Positions 1 to 10,406 of a stretch of DNA of 64,000 nt are shown here, piece after piece (positions within the stretch are counted from its first letter, which is position 1; every line of letters starts with the position of its first letter). This DNA is from an uncultured Acidobacteriota bacterium (GTDB lineage: Bacteria > Acidobacteriota > Thermoanaerobaculia > Gp7-AA8), in contig CAWGHO010000002.1 of assembly GCA_963822445.1 (NCBI GenBank), positions 2,112,001-2,176,000 on the forward strand, written 5' to 3'. The position numbers were made by a program, and so were the translations under genes. The notes beneath the pieces are model-generated. The model made no database searches. It had not been told where the DNA came from and saw nothing but the letters and a program-made list of their open reading frames with translations.

Positions 1-11
1 AAGGCACGCCC

Positions 12-650
12 ATGCGCGAGGACTCGTACAACTGGTGGTCTGCGCTGCGGGCGATGGACGTCCGCGCGGAGGCGTTTCGGGCTCGTGAAAAGGGGGACCG
101 TGTGCGCGCGATCGAGCTTGCGTCGGCAGCCTCGATTCTCGAGCCCGCGCAGCCGCCGCTCGTTACGAACGCGACGCTTGGCCGCGCCGCCCTTGCCTCC
201 GCCTCGCAGGTCGATTCCCCGCAACGGCTCTTCGACATTGCCATCGCCCTGGAGAAGGCCCGCGCCTGGCGGGAGGCCGAGGCGATTCTGGCGAGCATCG
301 AGGATTACCGTCCTCGCCGCGAAAATCGCGTCGTTTCATCAGTTGCGTATTACCGCGCGCGCGCCGCTCTTCACCTTCGCGCGCCGCGGATGACCTTCGT
401 GAATCACATCGATCGCGCGATCGCCGAGGCGCCGGGCGATCCGCATGTGCTCGCGCTGCGGTCGGTGACCGTGGATCCCGAGGCGCGGAAGGTTCTCGAC
501 GACCTCCACGACCCCTTCACCCGCGACCTGGCCCTGGCCATCGCCCACGCTGACCTCGGCGACAAGCAGAAAGCGACGGCGTTGCTGAACGACCTCGCCA
601 GGCGACTCCCGGAATGGCCCCGCCCAAAAGACGCGCTCGCCGAGCTCTGA
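12..650 (+). CDS. C-terminal part of a TPR-like alpha-helical repeat protein (probably 5'-truncated by the window edge)
   Basis: Ala/Arg-rich helical repeats; frame is open back to the window start. Confidence 0.55.
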   Translation: MREDSYNWWSALRAMDVRAEAFRAREKGDRVRAIELASAASILEPAQPPLVTNATLGRAALASASQVDSPQRLFDIAIALEKARAWREAEAILASIEDYRPRRENRVVSSVAYYRARAALHLRAPRMTFVNHIDRAIAEAPGDPHVLALRSVTVDPEARKVLDDLHDPFTRDLALAIAHADLGDKQKATALLNDLARRLPEWPRPKDALAEL

Positions 651-652
651 GA

Positions 653-680
653 CTCATCACTCATTCCTCATCCCTCATCA
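653..680. repeat. Intergenic heptamer tandem repeat (CTCATYM x4)
   Basis: ctcatca ctcattc ctcatcc ctcatca. Confidence 0.6.
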
Positions 681-719
681 CTGAGAAAGGGCATGCCCCC
701 TGCACCGTGAACCCGCGAA

Positions 720-2714
720 GTGGTTGAGTCGAGAGACGGTAGAAGTCGGGTCATCATCGAAGCCGCGTCACCTGAGGTCGACAGCGGCGCCTTTCCAGCG
801 AAGCGCGTGGCCGGCGACGTAGTCATCGTCGAAGCCGACATCTTTGCCGACGGCCACGACCTGATTTCCGCGATCGTCCTCGAGAAACATGACAGCGAGA
901 AGAAGTGGCGCGAAGTACGGATGCGGCCGCTCGTCAACGATCGCTGGCGCGCCGAGTTCACGGTCAACGCGCTGGGCTTCCATCGCTTCACCATCGAGGC
1001 CTGGATCGACCACTTCCTGACCTGGCATCGCGACCTGAAGAAGCGCGTCGATGGCGGCGCGACCGAAGACGAGCTTCGCGTGCAGCTGCTCATCGGCCTG
1101 CGCTCCATCAAAGCAGCCGCGGAGCGGGCGGGCGCGCGCGATCGTCGCAAGCTCGAGCCGTTCATCGCCACGATCGAAGGGGACGATCCGGTCCTCGAGA
1201 AGATCGAAGACCTCTGGAGTGAAGACCTCCTCGAACTGATGTGGCGCAATGCCGAGCGCAATTTCGCCACGCGATACCACAACGAGCTGTCCATCGAAGT
1301 CGATCGTCCCCGCGCCGCGTATAGCACGTGGTACGAACTCTTTCCCCGATCCACTGCGGCGGAAGAGGGAAGGCACGGCACCTTTCGCGATGTCGAGGCG
1401 CAGTTGCCTCGCATCGCGAAGATGGGCTTCGACATTCTTTATCTGCCGCCCATTCATCCCATTGGCGAGACCTTCCGCAAGGGCAAGAACAACAAGGTGA
1501 GCGCCGAGGCGAAGGATGTCGGCAGCCCCTGGGCGATCGGTGGCTCCCAGGGTGGGCACAAATCCATTCATCCCGACCTCGGAACGATCGAGGATTTCGA
1601 GCACCTCGTTGCCAAGGCCAAAGACCACGGGATGGAAATGGCGATGGACATCGCCTTCCAGGTCTCGCCCGATCATCCATACGTGAAAGAGCACCCCGAG
1701 TGGTTTCTGGCGCGTCCCGACGGCACGATTCAATACGCCGAGAATCCGCCCAAGAAATACCAGGACATCTATCCCTTTCACTTCGAGACCGAGGGCTGGC
1801 GCGCGTTGTGGGACGAGCTCCGCGACGTCTTCGCATTCTGGGTCGGCAAGGGCGTGAAGGTCTTTCGCGTCGACAATCCGCACACCAAGCCGCTGCCGTT
1901 CTGGGAGTGGTGCATCCGCGAGCTCAAGCGGGAATGGCCGGACCTGATTTTTCTGGCCGAGGCTTTTACTCGGCCGAAGATCATGTACAGGCTGGCCAAA
2001 GGCGGGTACACCCAGTCCTACACCTATTTCGCCTGGCGCAATACGAAGTGGGAACTGGCCGAGTATTTCGAAGAGATCACCAAGCCGCCGGTCAGCGACT
2101 TCTTCCGGCCCAATGCCTGGCCGAACACGCCGGACATCCTCACCGAATTCCTACAGTACGGTGGACGCGCGGCCTTCACTCAGCGGTTGATCCTCGCCGC
2201 GACGCTCTCCGCGAATTACGGCATTTACGGGCCGGCGTATGAGCGCTTCGTGCACGTCGCGCGCGAGCACGGCAGCGAGGAATACCTCGATTCCGAGAAA
2301 TACGAGGTCAAACACTGGCCGCAGACCGATGACGATCTGTCGGAGATGATCGGCGTGATCAACCGGATCCGCCGCGAGAATGTCGCACTGCAACAGAACG
2401 ACACGTTGAAGTTCCACACCACGGACAACGAGCAGATCATCTGCTACAGCAAGGCCGCGGCGGAGAACGCGATCATCGTCATCGTCAATCTCGACCCTCA
2501 CAATCCGCACTCCGGCAACATCGATCTGGATCTCGACGCCCTCCGCCTCGACGCGTCGCGGCCATTCCAGGTTCATGATCTCCTCAGCGGCGCGCGCTTC
2601 ACCTGGCACTCAGGCCGTAACTTCATTCAACTGAATCCGCACATCGTCCCGGCGCACATCTTCAGAATCCGGCGGCGCGTCCGCACGGAGCGTGATTTCG
2701 AGTACTTCCTGTGA
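720..2714 (+). CDS. glgE: Alpha-1,4-glucan:maltose-1-phosphate maltosyltransferase
   Basis: WYELFPRS, YLPPIHPIG, RKGKNN, ENPPKKYQDIYP, FRVDNPHTKP, LAEAFTRP, NTPDIL motifs. Confidence 0.95.
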   Translation: MVESRDGRSRVIIEAASPEVDSGAFPAKRVAGDVVIVEADIFADGHDLISAIVLEKHDSEKKWREVRMRPLVNDRWRAEFTVNALGFHRFTIEAWIDHFLTWHRDLKKRVDGGATEDELRVQLLIGLRSIKAAAERAGARDRRKLEPFIATIEGDDPVLEKIEDLWSEDLLELMWRNAERNFATRYHNELSIEVDRPRAAYSTWYELFPRSTAAEEGRHGTFRDVEAQLPRIAKMGFDILYLPPIHPIGETFRKGKNNKVSAEAKDVGSPWAIGGSQGGHKSIHPDLGTIEDFEHLVAKAKDHGMEMAMDIAFQVSPDHPYVKEHPEWFLARPDGTIQYAENPPKKYQDIYPFHFETEGWRALWDELRDVFAFWVGKGVKVFRVDNPHTKPLPFWEWCIRELKREWPDLIFLAEAFTRPKIMYRLAKGGYTQSYTYFAWRNTKWELAEYFEEITKPPVSDFFRPNAWPNTPDILTEFLQYGGRAAFTQRLILAATLSANYGIYGPAYERFVHVAREHGSEEYLDSEKYEVKHWPQTDDDLSEMIGVINRIRRENVALQQNDTLKFHTTDNEQIICYSKAAAENAIIVIVNLDPHNPHSGNIDLDLDALRLDASRPFQVHDLLSGARFTWHSGRNFIQLNPHIVPAHIFRIRRRVRTERDFEYFL

Positions 2715-5700
2715 CAAACGAAGACTATTGGTACAAAGACGGGATCATTTACCAGACGCACGTTCGAGCCTTTTTCGACTCGAACGATGACGGCATCGGC
2801 GACTTCCAGGGCCTGACCAGGAAGCTCGATTACCTGCAGGACCTGGGGATCAACATCCTCTGGCTCCTGCCGTTCTACCCGTCGCCGCTGCGCGACGACG
2901 GGTATGACATCGCTGATTACACCGCCGTCAATCCCGCTTACGGCACGCTCGCCGACTTCAAGGCCTTTCTGAAAGAGGCCCATCGCCGCGGGATCAAAGT
3001 CGTTACGGAACTGGTCATCAATCACACCAGCGATCAGCATCCCTGGTTCCAGAAATCGCGGCGCGCCAAGCCGGGCAGCCCCTGGCGTGACTTCTACGTC
3101 TGGAGCGACACGCCCGACAAATACACCGACGCCCGGATCATCTTCAAAGACTTCGAGACTTCGAATTGGGCCTGGGATCCGGTAGCCAAGGCTTACTACT
3201 GGCACCGCTTCTTTTCCCATCAGCCGGACCTCAATTTCGAGAATCCCGCCGTGCACGATGCCCTGATCAAGGCCCTCGATTTCTGGATGGACATGGGTGT
3301 CGACGCCTTCCGGCTCGATGCCATTCCGTATCTGTTCGAGAGAGAAGGGACCACGTCCGAGAATCTGCCCGAGACGCACGCTTACCTGAAGACCATTCGC
3401 GCACACATGGATAAAAAGTATCCGGGGCGGATGCTTCTGGCTGAGGCCAACCAGTGGCCGGAAGACTCCCTGCCGTATTTCGGCGACGGCGACGAGTGCC
3501 ACATGGCCTTCCACTTCCCGGTCATGCCGCGCATGTACATGTCCCTGGCCATGGAAGATCGCTTCCCGATCATCGACATCATGAGCCAGACCCCGCCCAT
3601 CCCCGAGAACTGCCAGTGGGCGATGTTCCTGCGCAATCACGACGAGCTCACGCTGGAGATGGTCACCGACGAAGATCGCGACTACATGTGGCGCACCTAC
3701 GCCAAGGACAAGGAAGCGCGCATCAATCTGGGCATTCGCCGCCGCCTGGCGCCGCTGATGGACAACCATCGCGGCCGCATCCATCTGATGAACGGCCTGC
3801 TCTTCTCGTTTCCGGGGACGCCCATCGTCTATTACGGCGATGAGATCGGGATGGGCGACAACATTTATCTCGGCGACCGCAATGGCGTGCGTACGCCCAT
3901 GCAGTGGAGCGCGGATCGCAATGCCGGGTTCTCCCGCGCCAATCCGCAGCGGCTTTTCTTCCCGGTCATTATCGATCCGCAGTATCACTACGAACAGGTC
4001 AATGTCGAGGCCCAGCAGTCCAATCAGTACTCGCTGCTCTGGTGGATGAAACGTCTGATCGCGTTGCGGAAGCGCTACAAGGCGCTTGGTCGCGGCTCCA
4101 TGGAATTTCTGCACAGCGAGAACCGGAAAATTCTCGCGTACGTGCGACGGTATGAAGACGAGACCATCCTCGTGGTGGCGAATCTCTCCAGGCTCGTGCA
4201 GTGCTTCGAGCTCGATCTGACCCAATATCGCGGGATGGTTCCCGTCGAGCTGTCCGGTGGTACGAAGTTCCCGGTGATCGGCGAGCGGCCGTACTTCCTC
4301 AATCTCGGGCCCTTCGCCTTCTACTGGTTCACCTTGCAGCGCGAAGTGGCGCCGGAGGTTACGACCGAGGATGCGCCGCTGGTTTCGGCTCGGACGTGGG
4401 ATGAGGTGTTTGCGGCGCGCAGTCGTGATGCGATTGAGCGCGCGTTGCGCGGGTATCTGCCGACGCGGCGGTGGTTCGGCGGCAAGGCCAGGGTCATCAA
4501 CAGTGTTTCCGTTCGCGACGCCATTGAGCTTCCCAATGACATGCGTTTGTTGCTGCTTGACGTCGAGTTCACCGACGGTGAGCCTCAGATGTATCTGTTG
4601 CCGGCTGCGATTGCGAATGTGCGGCGCGAGCAGGATCAGGGCCGCAATCTGCCGGTCATCGCCCGGCTTCGTGAAGGAGCCATTCTCTACGAGCCTGTGC
4701 AGGAAGAAGCCTTTGCCGGCGCGCTGCTGGACACCATCGCCCGCAAACGCCAGCTCAAAGGGAAGCATGGCAGTGTCGTGGGGTTGAGCACCCGCGCGTT
4801 CAAAGACCTTCGCGGGCCCGACAAACAGCTCGAGAGCCACGTCCTGTCCGCCGAGCAGAGCAATACCGCGATCCTGTACGGCCAACGGCTGTTCCTCAAG
4901 CTCTTCCGGCGGTTGGAGAGCGGGATCAACACCGACTTCGAGATCACCCGTTTCCTGAATGAAGAGACCACTTTCGCGAATACGCCGCGCGTTGGCGGCA
5001 CGCTCGAGTATCGTCTCGACAAAGGAGGCGAGCCGACGACGGTCGCCATCCTGCAGGGCTTTACTGCCAACAGTGGCGACGCCTGGGCGTACACCCTCGA
5101 TGCCATTGGCCGCTATTTCGATCATCTGCTGAGCGATCCCGCGGCCGCCGACCGCATCGCCAAGGTCACCCCGCACGATGATGTCTTCGCCCTTTCCGAA
5201 AAGCCCGCCCCCGACATTGCTCGCGAGACCATTGGCGGCTATCTCGCCGACGCGGAATTGCTCGGCGTGCGCACCGCGCAATTGCATCTCGCTCTTGCCT
5301 CGCGTGACGACGACCGCGCCTTTGCGCCAGAACCGTTCACGCCGCACTACCAGCGTTCCATTTACCAGTCCATGCGCACGCAGATCGTGCAGACCATGCA
5401 GCTGCTGCGGAAGAACCTCAAAGATCACCCCGAATACGCTGAGCTGCTCGACAAGGAGACTGAGCTGCACGATCGCATCCGGGACATCCTCAACGGAAAA
5501 ATCGACGCCCGCCGCATCCGCATTCACGGCGACTATCACCTTGGCCAGGTCCTCTACACCGGCAACGACTTCGTCATCATCGACTTTGAAGGCGAGCCCG
5601 CCCGCCCCTTGAGCGAGCGTCGCATCAAGCGCAGTGCCCTCCGCGACGTCGCCGGCATGCTGCGCTCGTTCCATTACGCCCCTTACGCCGTCCTCTTTGG

Positions 5701-5974
5701 CACCGCCCCCGGCTCTTACGTCCGCACCGAAGACCTGTCCCGCCTGGAAACCGGCGCCCGCTTCTGGCACCACCACGTCGGCGCCGCCTTCCTCCGCTCC
5801 TACCTCGCCGAGAGCGCGAAAGGCTCGCACCTGCCGGCCGACCGCGCCCACACCCGCATCCTCCTCAACGCCTACCTGCTGGAGAAGGCGCTCTACGAGA
5901 TCGTGTACGAGATGAACAACCGGCCGGACTGGGTGAAGATCCCGATGCGGGGGGCGCTGGAACTGCTCCGGTAG
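2711..5974 (+). CDS. treS: Trehalose synthase (maltose alpha-D-glucosyltransferase) fused to maltokinase
   Basis: GH13 motifs FRLDAIPYL, LAEANQW, FLRNHDELTLE; C-terminal maltokinase motifs EQSNT, RIHGDYHLGQ, IDFEGEP; overlaps glgE stop. Confidence 0.95.
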   Translation: MTNEDYWYKDGIIYQTHVRAFFDSNDDGIGDFQGLTRKLDYLQDLGINILWLLPFYPSPLRDDGYDIADYTAVNPAYGTLADFKAFLKEAHRRGIKVVTELVINHTSDQHPWFQKSRRAKPGSPWRDFYVWSDTPDKYTDARIIFKDFETSNWAWDPVAKAYYWHRFFSHQPDLNFENPAVHDALIKALDFWMDMGVDAFRLDAIPYLFEREGTTSENLPETHAYLKTIRAHMDKKYPGRMLLAEANQWPEDSLPYFGDGDECHMAFHFPVMPRMYMSLAMEDRFPIIDIMSQTPPIPENCQWAMFLRNHDELTLEMVTDEDRDYMWRTYAKDKEARINLGIRRRLAPLMDNHRGRIHLMNGLLFSFPGTPIVYYGDEIGMGDNIYLGDRNGVRTPMQWSADRNAGFSRANPQRLFFPVIIDPQYHYEQVNVEAQQSNQYSLLWWMKRLIALRKRYKALGRGSMEFLHSENRKILAYVRRYEDETILVVANLSRLVQCFELDLTQYRGMVPVELSGGTKFPVIGERPYFLNLGPFAFYWFTLQREVAPEVTTEDAPLVSARTWDEVFAARSRDAIERALRGYLPTRRWFGGKARVINSVSVRDAIELPNDMRLLLLDVEFTDGEPQMYLLPAAIANVRREQDQGRNLPVIARLREGAILYEPVQEEAFAGALLDTIARKRQLKGKHGSVVGLSTRAFKDLRGPDKQLESHVLSAEQSNTAILYGQRLFLKLFRRLESGINTDFEITRFLNEETTFANTPRVGGTLEYRLDKGGEPTTVAILQGFTANSGDAWAYTLDAIGRYFDHLLSDPAAADRIAKVTPHDDVFALSEKPAPDIARETIGGYLADAELLGVRTAQLHLALASRDDDRAFAPEPFTPHYQRSIYQSMRTQIVQTMQLLRKNLKDHPEYAELLDKETELHDRIRDILNGKIDARRIRIHGDYHLGQVLYTGNDFVIIDFEGEPARPLSERRIKRSALRDVAGMLRSFHYAPYAVLFGTAPGSYVRTEDLSRLETGARFWHHHVGAAFLRSYLAESAKGSHLPADRAHTRILLNAYLLEKALYEIVYEMNNRPDWVKIPMRGALELLR

Positions 5975-6091
5975 CCGTATCAGGATCTAGCCGGCGTAGA
6001 AGCTGAGTCGTATAACCCGCCGTCGCGGGGATTTTTCGCTACGCCGCGTAGAATCCGTCGCACCGCTCGAAAGCCGAGGGATCCTCGGTGA

Positions 6092-7057
6092 ATGACCGAC
6101 AAACCGAGGCTCATGGATCGGGTGAGCGGGGAGTTGAGAGCGCGCCACTACAGCCGCAGGACAGAAGAAGCGTACGTAGGCTGGATCAAGCGATTCATTT
6201 TCTTTCACAACAAGCGACACCCTGCGTCGATGGGTGGTGACGAGGTCAATGCGTTCCTCACGCATCTCGCGACGAACGAGAACGTTAGTGCGCCGACGCA
6301 GAATCAGGCGCTCTGCGCGTTGCTGTTCCTCTACAGATTCGTGCTGCAGGATCCCTTGCCGTGGCTGAACGATGTTGTCCGCGCGAGACGGATTCAGAGA
6401 CTTCCGGTTGTCGTGACGCCGGACGAAGTGCGATTGGTGCTGGCGCAGATGAGAGGTACGTCGCTGCTTGTCGCACAACTCCTTTACGGTGGCGGCCTGA
6501 GGCTTCTCGAGTGCCTTCAGTTGCGCGTCAAGGACCTCGATTTCTCGCGCCGCCAGATCTACGTCCGCGACACGAAAGGGAGTCGTGATCGCGTCACGCT
6601 GCTGCCCCAGGCGGTCATCCCGTTGCTGAAGGAGCACATCGAGCGTGTCCGGGCGCTCCATGATGCCGACCTGAAACTGAATTTCGGGTCCGTGTGGCTC
6701 CCCACAGCGCTTGCGCGGAAGTTTCCCAATGCGGACCGTGAGTTCAAGTGGCAATGGCTTTTTCCCGCGACCACCCGGTACGTCGACCGTGAGAGCGGCC
6801 TTGAGCGCCGCCATCACCTTCACGAGACCGCGATCCAACGCGCCGTTCGCACCGCGGCGCTGGCTGCGGTCCCGGACAAACGCGTGACCTGTCATACCTT
6901 CCGTCATTCCTTCGCGACCCATCTCCTCGAGCGCGGGAACGACATCCGCACGGTCCAGGAGCTTCTCGGCCATCGCGACGTATCCACGACGATGATCTAC
7001 ACCCACGTCCTGCGCCTCGGTCCCCTCGGCGTCCGCAGCCCGCTCGACCCGTTTTGA
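6092..7057 (+). CDS. intI: Integron integrase (tyrosine recombinase)
   Basis: [17 protein letters not shown]-like motif, [31 protein letters not shown]; integron-specific insert [12 protein letters not shown]...WQWLF...RRHH. Confidence 0.97.
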   Translation: MTDKPRLMDRVSGELRARHYSRRTEEAYVGWIKRFIFFHNKRHPASMGGDEVNAFLTHLATNENVSAPTQNQALCALLFLYRFVLQDPLPWLNDVVRARRIQRLPVVVTPDEVRLVLAQMRGTSLLVAQLLYGGGLRLLECLQLRVKDLDFSRRQIYVRDTKGSRDRVTLLPQAVIPLLKEHIERVRALHDADLKLNFGSVWLPTALARKFPNADREFKWQWLFPATTRYVDRESGLERRHHLHETAIQRAVRTAALAAVPDKRVTCHTFRHSFATHLLERGNDIRTVQELLGHRDVSTTMIYTHVLRLGPLGVRSPLDPF

Positions 7058-7329
7058 GGACGAACGTTATGGGACCTTCTACCCGTACGCATAGCGCGTC
7101 TCGCTCGGATGTCTCTCGTGCACACGAACCAGCAGAGCGCGAATGCTGGGTTAGACAGCTTCGAGGGTCGTCTCTCCGTCGCATAAGTCTCCGCAATCGA
7201 CGGTCGCGTACCATTCTCATTCTCACAAAATGCGCTAGTGTCTCCTCACGAGGCCGTGTTATGCAGCGCGAATGCAGTCCGCTACCAGCCTCTCGCGAGG
7301 GGCGGAAGTAAGGGTCAAAGGGGGCTCCG

Positions 7330-7411
7330 GAGCAGCACGTTATGGAGTGATCAGCTTCGCGTGCTCTTGCCGTTAAGCCTTGAGGGGTAAGGGTCGAAAT
7401 AGAAGTTAGGC
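7330..7411 (+). other. Putative attI site (crossover G|TT at 7405)
   Basis: GTTAGGCCG at 7405 is complementary to CGGCCTAAC of the first attC and has no attC upstream; extra GTT cores at 7339 and 7372. Confidence 0.7.
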
Positions 7412-7541
7412 CGACGGAAGAACGCTCGGCGTCCTTGTGTGCCCTTCGTCGAAGGCCGAACGCTACTATGTGCACGTTTCGCCCTCGCAGCGCCGCAAGG
7501 TGCGATGCGGCCGCCACCCCTCGCGCGTCGCCTAAGGCGCC

Positions 7542-7985
7542 TCAGGCCTTGGTGGCGGCGGCCTCTTCTTCCTGCCGTGAGAGTCTGGAGTCCACAGACT
7601 CTCCAGGCATCGCGTCGAAGTCCGGATCCCAATCGCCCACATAGATCGCATTGCCATCTTGATCGACGAAGTTGACGTAGTTGCCGGCTTCGGACTCAAT
7701 GATCCCGCTAACCTCGACGCCATGGCTGCGCAAACGGTCGGCGTACGCGTCGATCGATAGGTCCGGCGATAGGACGAGCCCTATTTGCACGGAGCCGTTC
7801 GTGCCTGGCTTCGGAACGTTCTGCTTCCAGGGATGCAGGCCGATCAGCAGGCTCTTGCCCGCCAACACGGTGGCCCAGTGATCGCCGTACCGGTTAGTGA
7901 GTCTCAGCCCCAGCACGTCCGTGTAGAACCGAATGGCGTTGTCCATGTTCGAGACATAGATCGTCGCGTTGCCTCCGTAAATCAT
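7542..7985 (-). CDS. C1: VOC/glyoxalase family protein
   Basis: IYVSNMDNAIRFYTDVLGL...FVDQDGN; AAGGAG RBS before the ATG at 7985. Confidence 0.85.
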   Translation of the reverse strand: MIYGGNATIYVSNMDNAIRFYTDVLGLRLTNRYGDHWATVLAGKSLLIGLHPWKQNVPKPGTNGSVQIGLVLSPDLSIDAYADRLRSHGVEVSGIIESEAGNYVNFVDQDGNAIYVGDWDPDFDAMPGESVDSRLSRQEEEAAATKA

Positions 7986-8027
7986 GGCTGACAGCTCCTT
8001 TCTGTTTGGAGGATACTCTGGCATCCC

Positions 8028-8402
8028 ATGCGCGCCGCAAGGATCCACTTCAAGGGCCAGTTCGCTGTCGACCGCGCGCGCGACGAGCCACTCTCGCTGC
8101 AGATCGTCCGTAAGCTGCAGCGCGCGATCGAATGCGGAGGCGTGCCTCGCGGCGCGACACTCCCGTCATCGCGGGCGCTGGCGCGCGCGCTCGGGGTCTC
8201 CCGCAACACGGTGCTCAGCGCCTACGACGAGCTGAAAGCTCGTGGGTTGATCGCCGGGCGCCGCGGCTCAGGGATGCAGATCGTCGTACCTGGGGCTGTG
8301 AGAAGCTTCGATCTGCGACGGCTCCTGCGCGAGGCACAGTTTCCGGCGCGCAGGATCACAGTCGAGGATCCCGACGGTCATGCCATTTCAGTAGGCTACT
8401 GA
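8028..8402 (+). CDS. C1: GntR-family winged-HTH regulator
   Basis: LPSSRALARALGVSRNTVLSAYDEL. Confidence 0.85.
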   Translation: MRAARIHFKGQFAVDRARDEPLSLQIVRKLQRAIECGGVPRGATLPSSRALARALGVSRNTVLSAYDELKARGLIAGRRGSGMQIVVPGAVRSFDLRRLLREAQFPARRITVEDPDGHAISVGY

Positions 8403-8563
8403 TTCTGACACACATGCTCCGTGTCTTCGCAGGGATCGTGGGGGTGCGACCCGCAATCGAGCTTGAGCCGACCGATCATCCCCTTGCCATCCACAACGTG
8501 AAGCATCGAGCTGGCGGAGCTTCAGCGTATCGTTCAACAACTGCTGCACGCCAGCTGATCGCG

Positions 8564-8753
8564 GCCTAACTTTGGTGTGAAGCCGACAGCGGGCCGTTTG
8601 CCGCGCCCGGCGGCCGAGCCGCCTCGCTCGTCCAAAAGCGCACGGCGTCACGCCGCTTGCATTCGCGCTGGTCATTAATCGGCGACAAGCGGCGTGCCGC
8701 TCTGCCCGCTCGCATGTGGGGCCTCGCTGCGGCTTACACCAAGCACGTTAGCC
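8564..8753 (+). repeat. attC 1 (family B interior)
   Basis: GCCTAAC...GTTAGCC; L arms ttggtgt[g]aagc/gcttacaccaa. Confidence 0.9.
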
Positions 8754-8923
8754 GGACGGAACGGCCACGCGTCGCATTTGGCGCGGGCGAAGGAACGAAG
8801 GCGAAACGCGACGGCCGCAATCGTGACCGGAGCCGACCATGCTGCCCAGTTTATCGCCTGCGTCGCCACTCGACTATGACGAACCGGTCCGCCTGCTTGC
8901 AGCCGTCTGACGGAGGTGAACGA

Positions 8924-9307
8924 TCACAGCTTGGCCTTCTTGGGAAAAATTGTCACGTCGGGTAGGCCACTGAATCCGGAGTCGGTGGTTACGAGCGTAG
9001 CGTCGCTTTCGCGGGCGAATGCCAGCATCATCGAGTCAGCCATCGCCAAGCCGTGCTCAAGGCTCAGATCTGCCGCCGTCAGCGCAACTTCCTCGGTCAA
9101 ATTGACGACGACGGTCTTCTTCATGGTGGCCACGGCGTCGAGTGCCTCGTCCTCTGACCGTTCGCGCTTGATCCACTTGTAAACTTCGTAGATTGCGACG
9201 GTCGGAGTGATGACGTCCGCTGGGCGGCGCAACCTCGTCGCGAACTCCTCGGCGTGCGGACCATCCGCGAAAAACTCGATCCAACCCGAAGAGTCAATGA
9301 CTATCAA
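8924..9307 (-). CDS. C2: VapC-type PIN-domain toxin
   Basis: IVIDSSGWIEF...LAMADSMM...LVTTD. Confidence 0.9.
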   Translation of the reverse strand: MIVIDSSGWIEFFADGPHAEEFATRLRRPADVITPTVAIYEVYKWIKRERSEDEALDAVATMKKTVVVNLTEEVALTAADLSLEHGLAMADSMMLAFARESDATLVTTDSGFSGLPDVTIFPKKAKL

Positions 9308-9513
9308 AACCGATCCTTCTTTTCGCGGAAGCCGGTTGTGCGAATACCGCGAACGAACCCGCGCATTGACGAGATCGGTCTGTCGGGAACAAGCGTGACG
9401 CTGCCACCCTTAGCGATTACTTGAAACTCTTGCCCGACGCGAATCTTGGCGCGCTCCCGTACATCCTTCGGTATAACGACCTGATACTTTGACGATACTC
9501 TCGTTCGGGTCAT
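9304..9513 (-). CDS. C2: AbrB/MazE/SpoVT-type antitoxin
   Basis: RVSSKYQVVIPKDVRE; overlaps the toxin start. Confidence 0.9.
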   Translation of the reverse strand: MTRTRVSSKYQVVIPKDVRERAKIRVGQEFQVIAKGGSVTLVPDRPISSMRGFVRGIRTTGFREKKDRF

Positions 9514-9605
9514 TGCGGAACTCCTTCGCTGGATCGATCATCAGTATCGTAAGACGCGGCGACAGCACTGTCAACGCCCGATTCACGTGTCTCATTTCGG
9601 CCGCC

Positions 9606-9804
9606 GGCTAACTACTGCCAGGAGCTGTCGGCGGGCCGTTTGCCGCGCCCGGCGCTGAAGCGCCTCGGTAAGCGTCGATTGGCCGGCGGCACGCCGGCCG
9701 ACATGCTCTCGCGCCGCTAGCCGCGGCGCGACCACTGCAGCCGTCGCGCCGCGCAACCGCTCGCACGCGGGGCCTCGCCGCAGCTCAGGCGATAGACGTT
9801 GGGC
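9606..9804 (+). repeat. attC 2 (family A)
   Basis: GGCTAAC...GTTGGGC. Confidence 0.9.
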
Positions 9805-9889
9805 GGACCTGAAGCAACGAGTCGCCCCCTACAACGATACGGGGAGTGTTACGAAGAGAGTCCGTCGATTCGCGGTATGGTGCAGCGTC

Positions 9890-10357
9890 ATGAAGATGCT
9901 GATCGTAGGTGCTCTCGGAGTTCTGCTTCTTGCCGGCTGCTCTGCAGAGAAAACTCACGAAGTTACTCCCGGCACCGTGACGACCGCTACAACGGACACC
10001 GTTCAGCCCACAGACGCCATCGCTTCAATAGGGAACGAATCGGTCACGACCGGTTCGGTGGCATCGACCGCAACCAATGAGAATCACGAATCAGGAACCT
10101 GGACCGGACAGCTCAAGATTGCGCAGACCGTTTCGATGTTCAACTACGTCGGGGTGGAAAGCGGTGATTTTGCACCCATCCGTTTTCGCAACGACTCGGA
10201 CGTTGGAAGAAAGCTTCTCGGGGCCTGCTCAAACGACGACATGTGCGAGTTCACTGGGGTAGTGGAATGGCTCGACGAAACGCCTCCACCAGGCGCGTCG
10301 GCCATCGGACAAATCGTGAGAGTAGACAGCGCCAAGCGTTTACCAGCAACGCCGTAG
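9890..10357 (+). CDS. C3: putative lipoprotein
   Basis: Signal peptide with LAGC lipobox. Confidence 0.7.
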   Translation: MKMLIVGALGVLLLAGCSAEKTHEVTPGTVTTATTDTVQPTDAIASIGNESVTTGSVASTATNENHESGTWTGQLKIAQTVSMFNYVGVESGDFAPIRFRNDSDVGRKLLGACSNDDMCEFTGVVEWLDETPPPGASAIGQIVRVDSAKRLPATP

Positions 10358-10406
10358 CCGCGGTCGTGGCTGACGCAACCGCGCGTTACAGTAAGCTCCG
10401 CATCGC

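Noticed and set aside
768-5851. Long antisense ORFs (768-1883, 2627-5851)
   Set aside because: Shadow frames of the GC-rich glgE and treS genes; no recognisable motifs.
5987-7006. 339-aa ORF antisense to intI
   Set aside because: Fully overlaps the clear integrase gene; typical shadow ORF.
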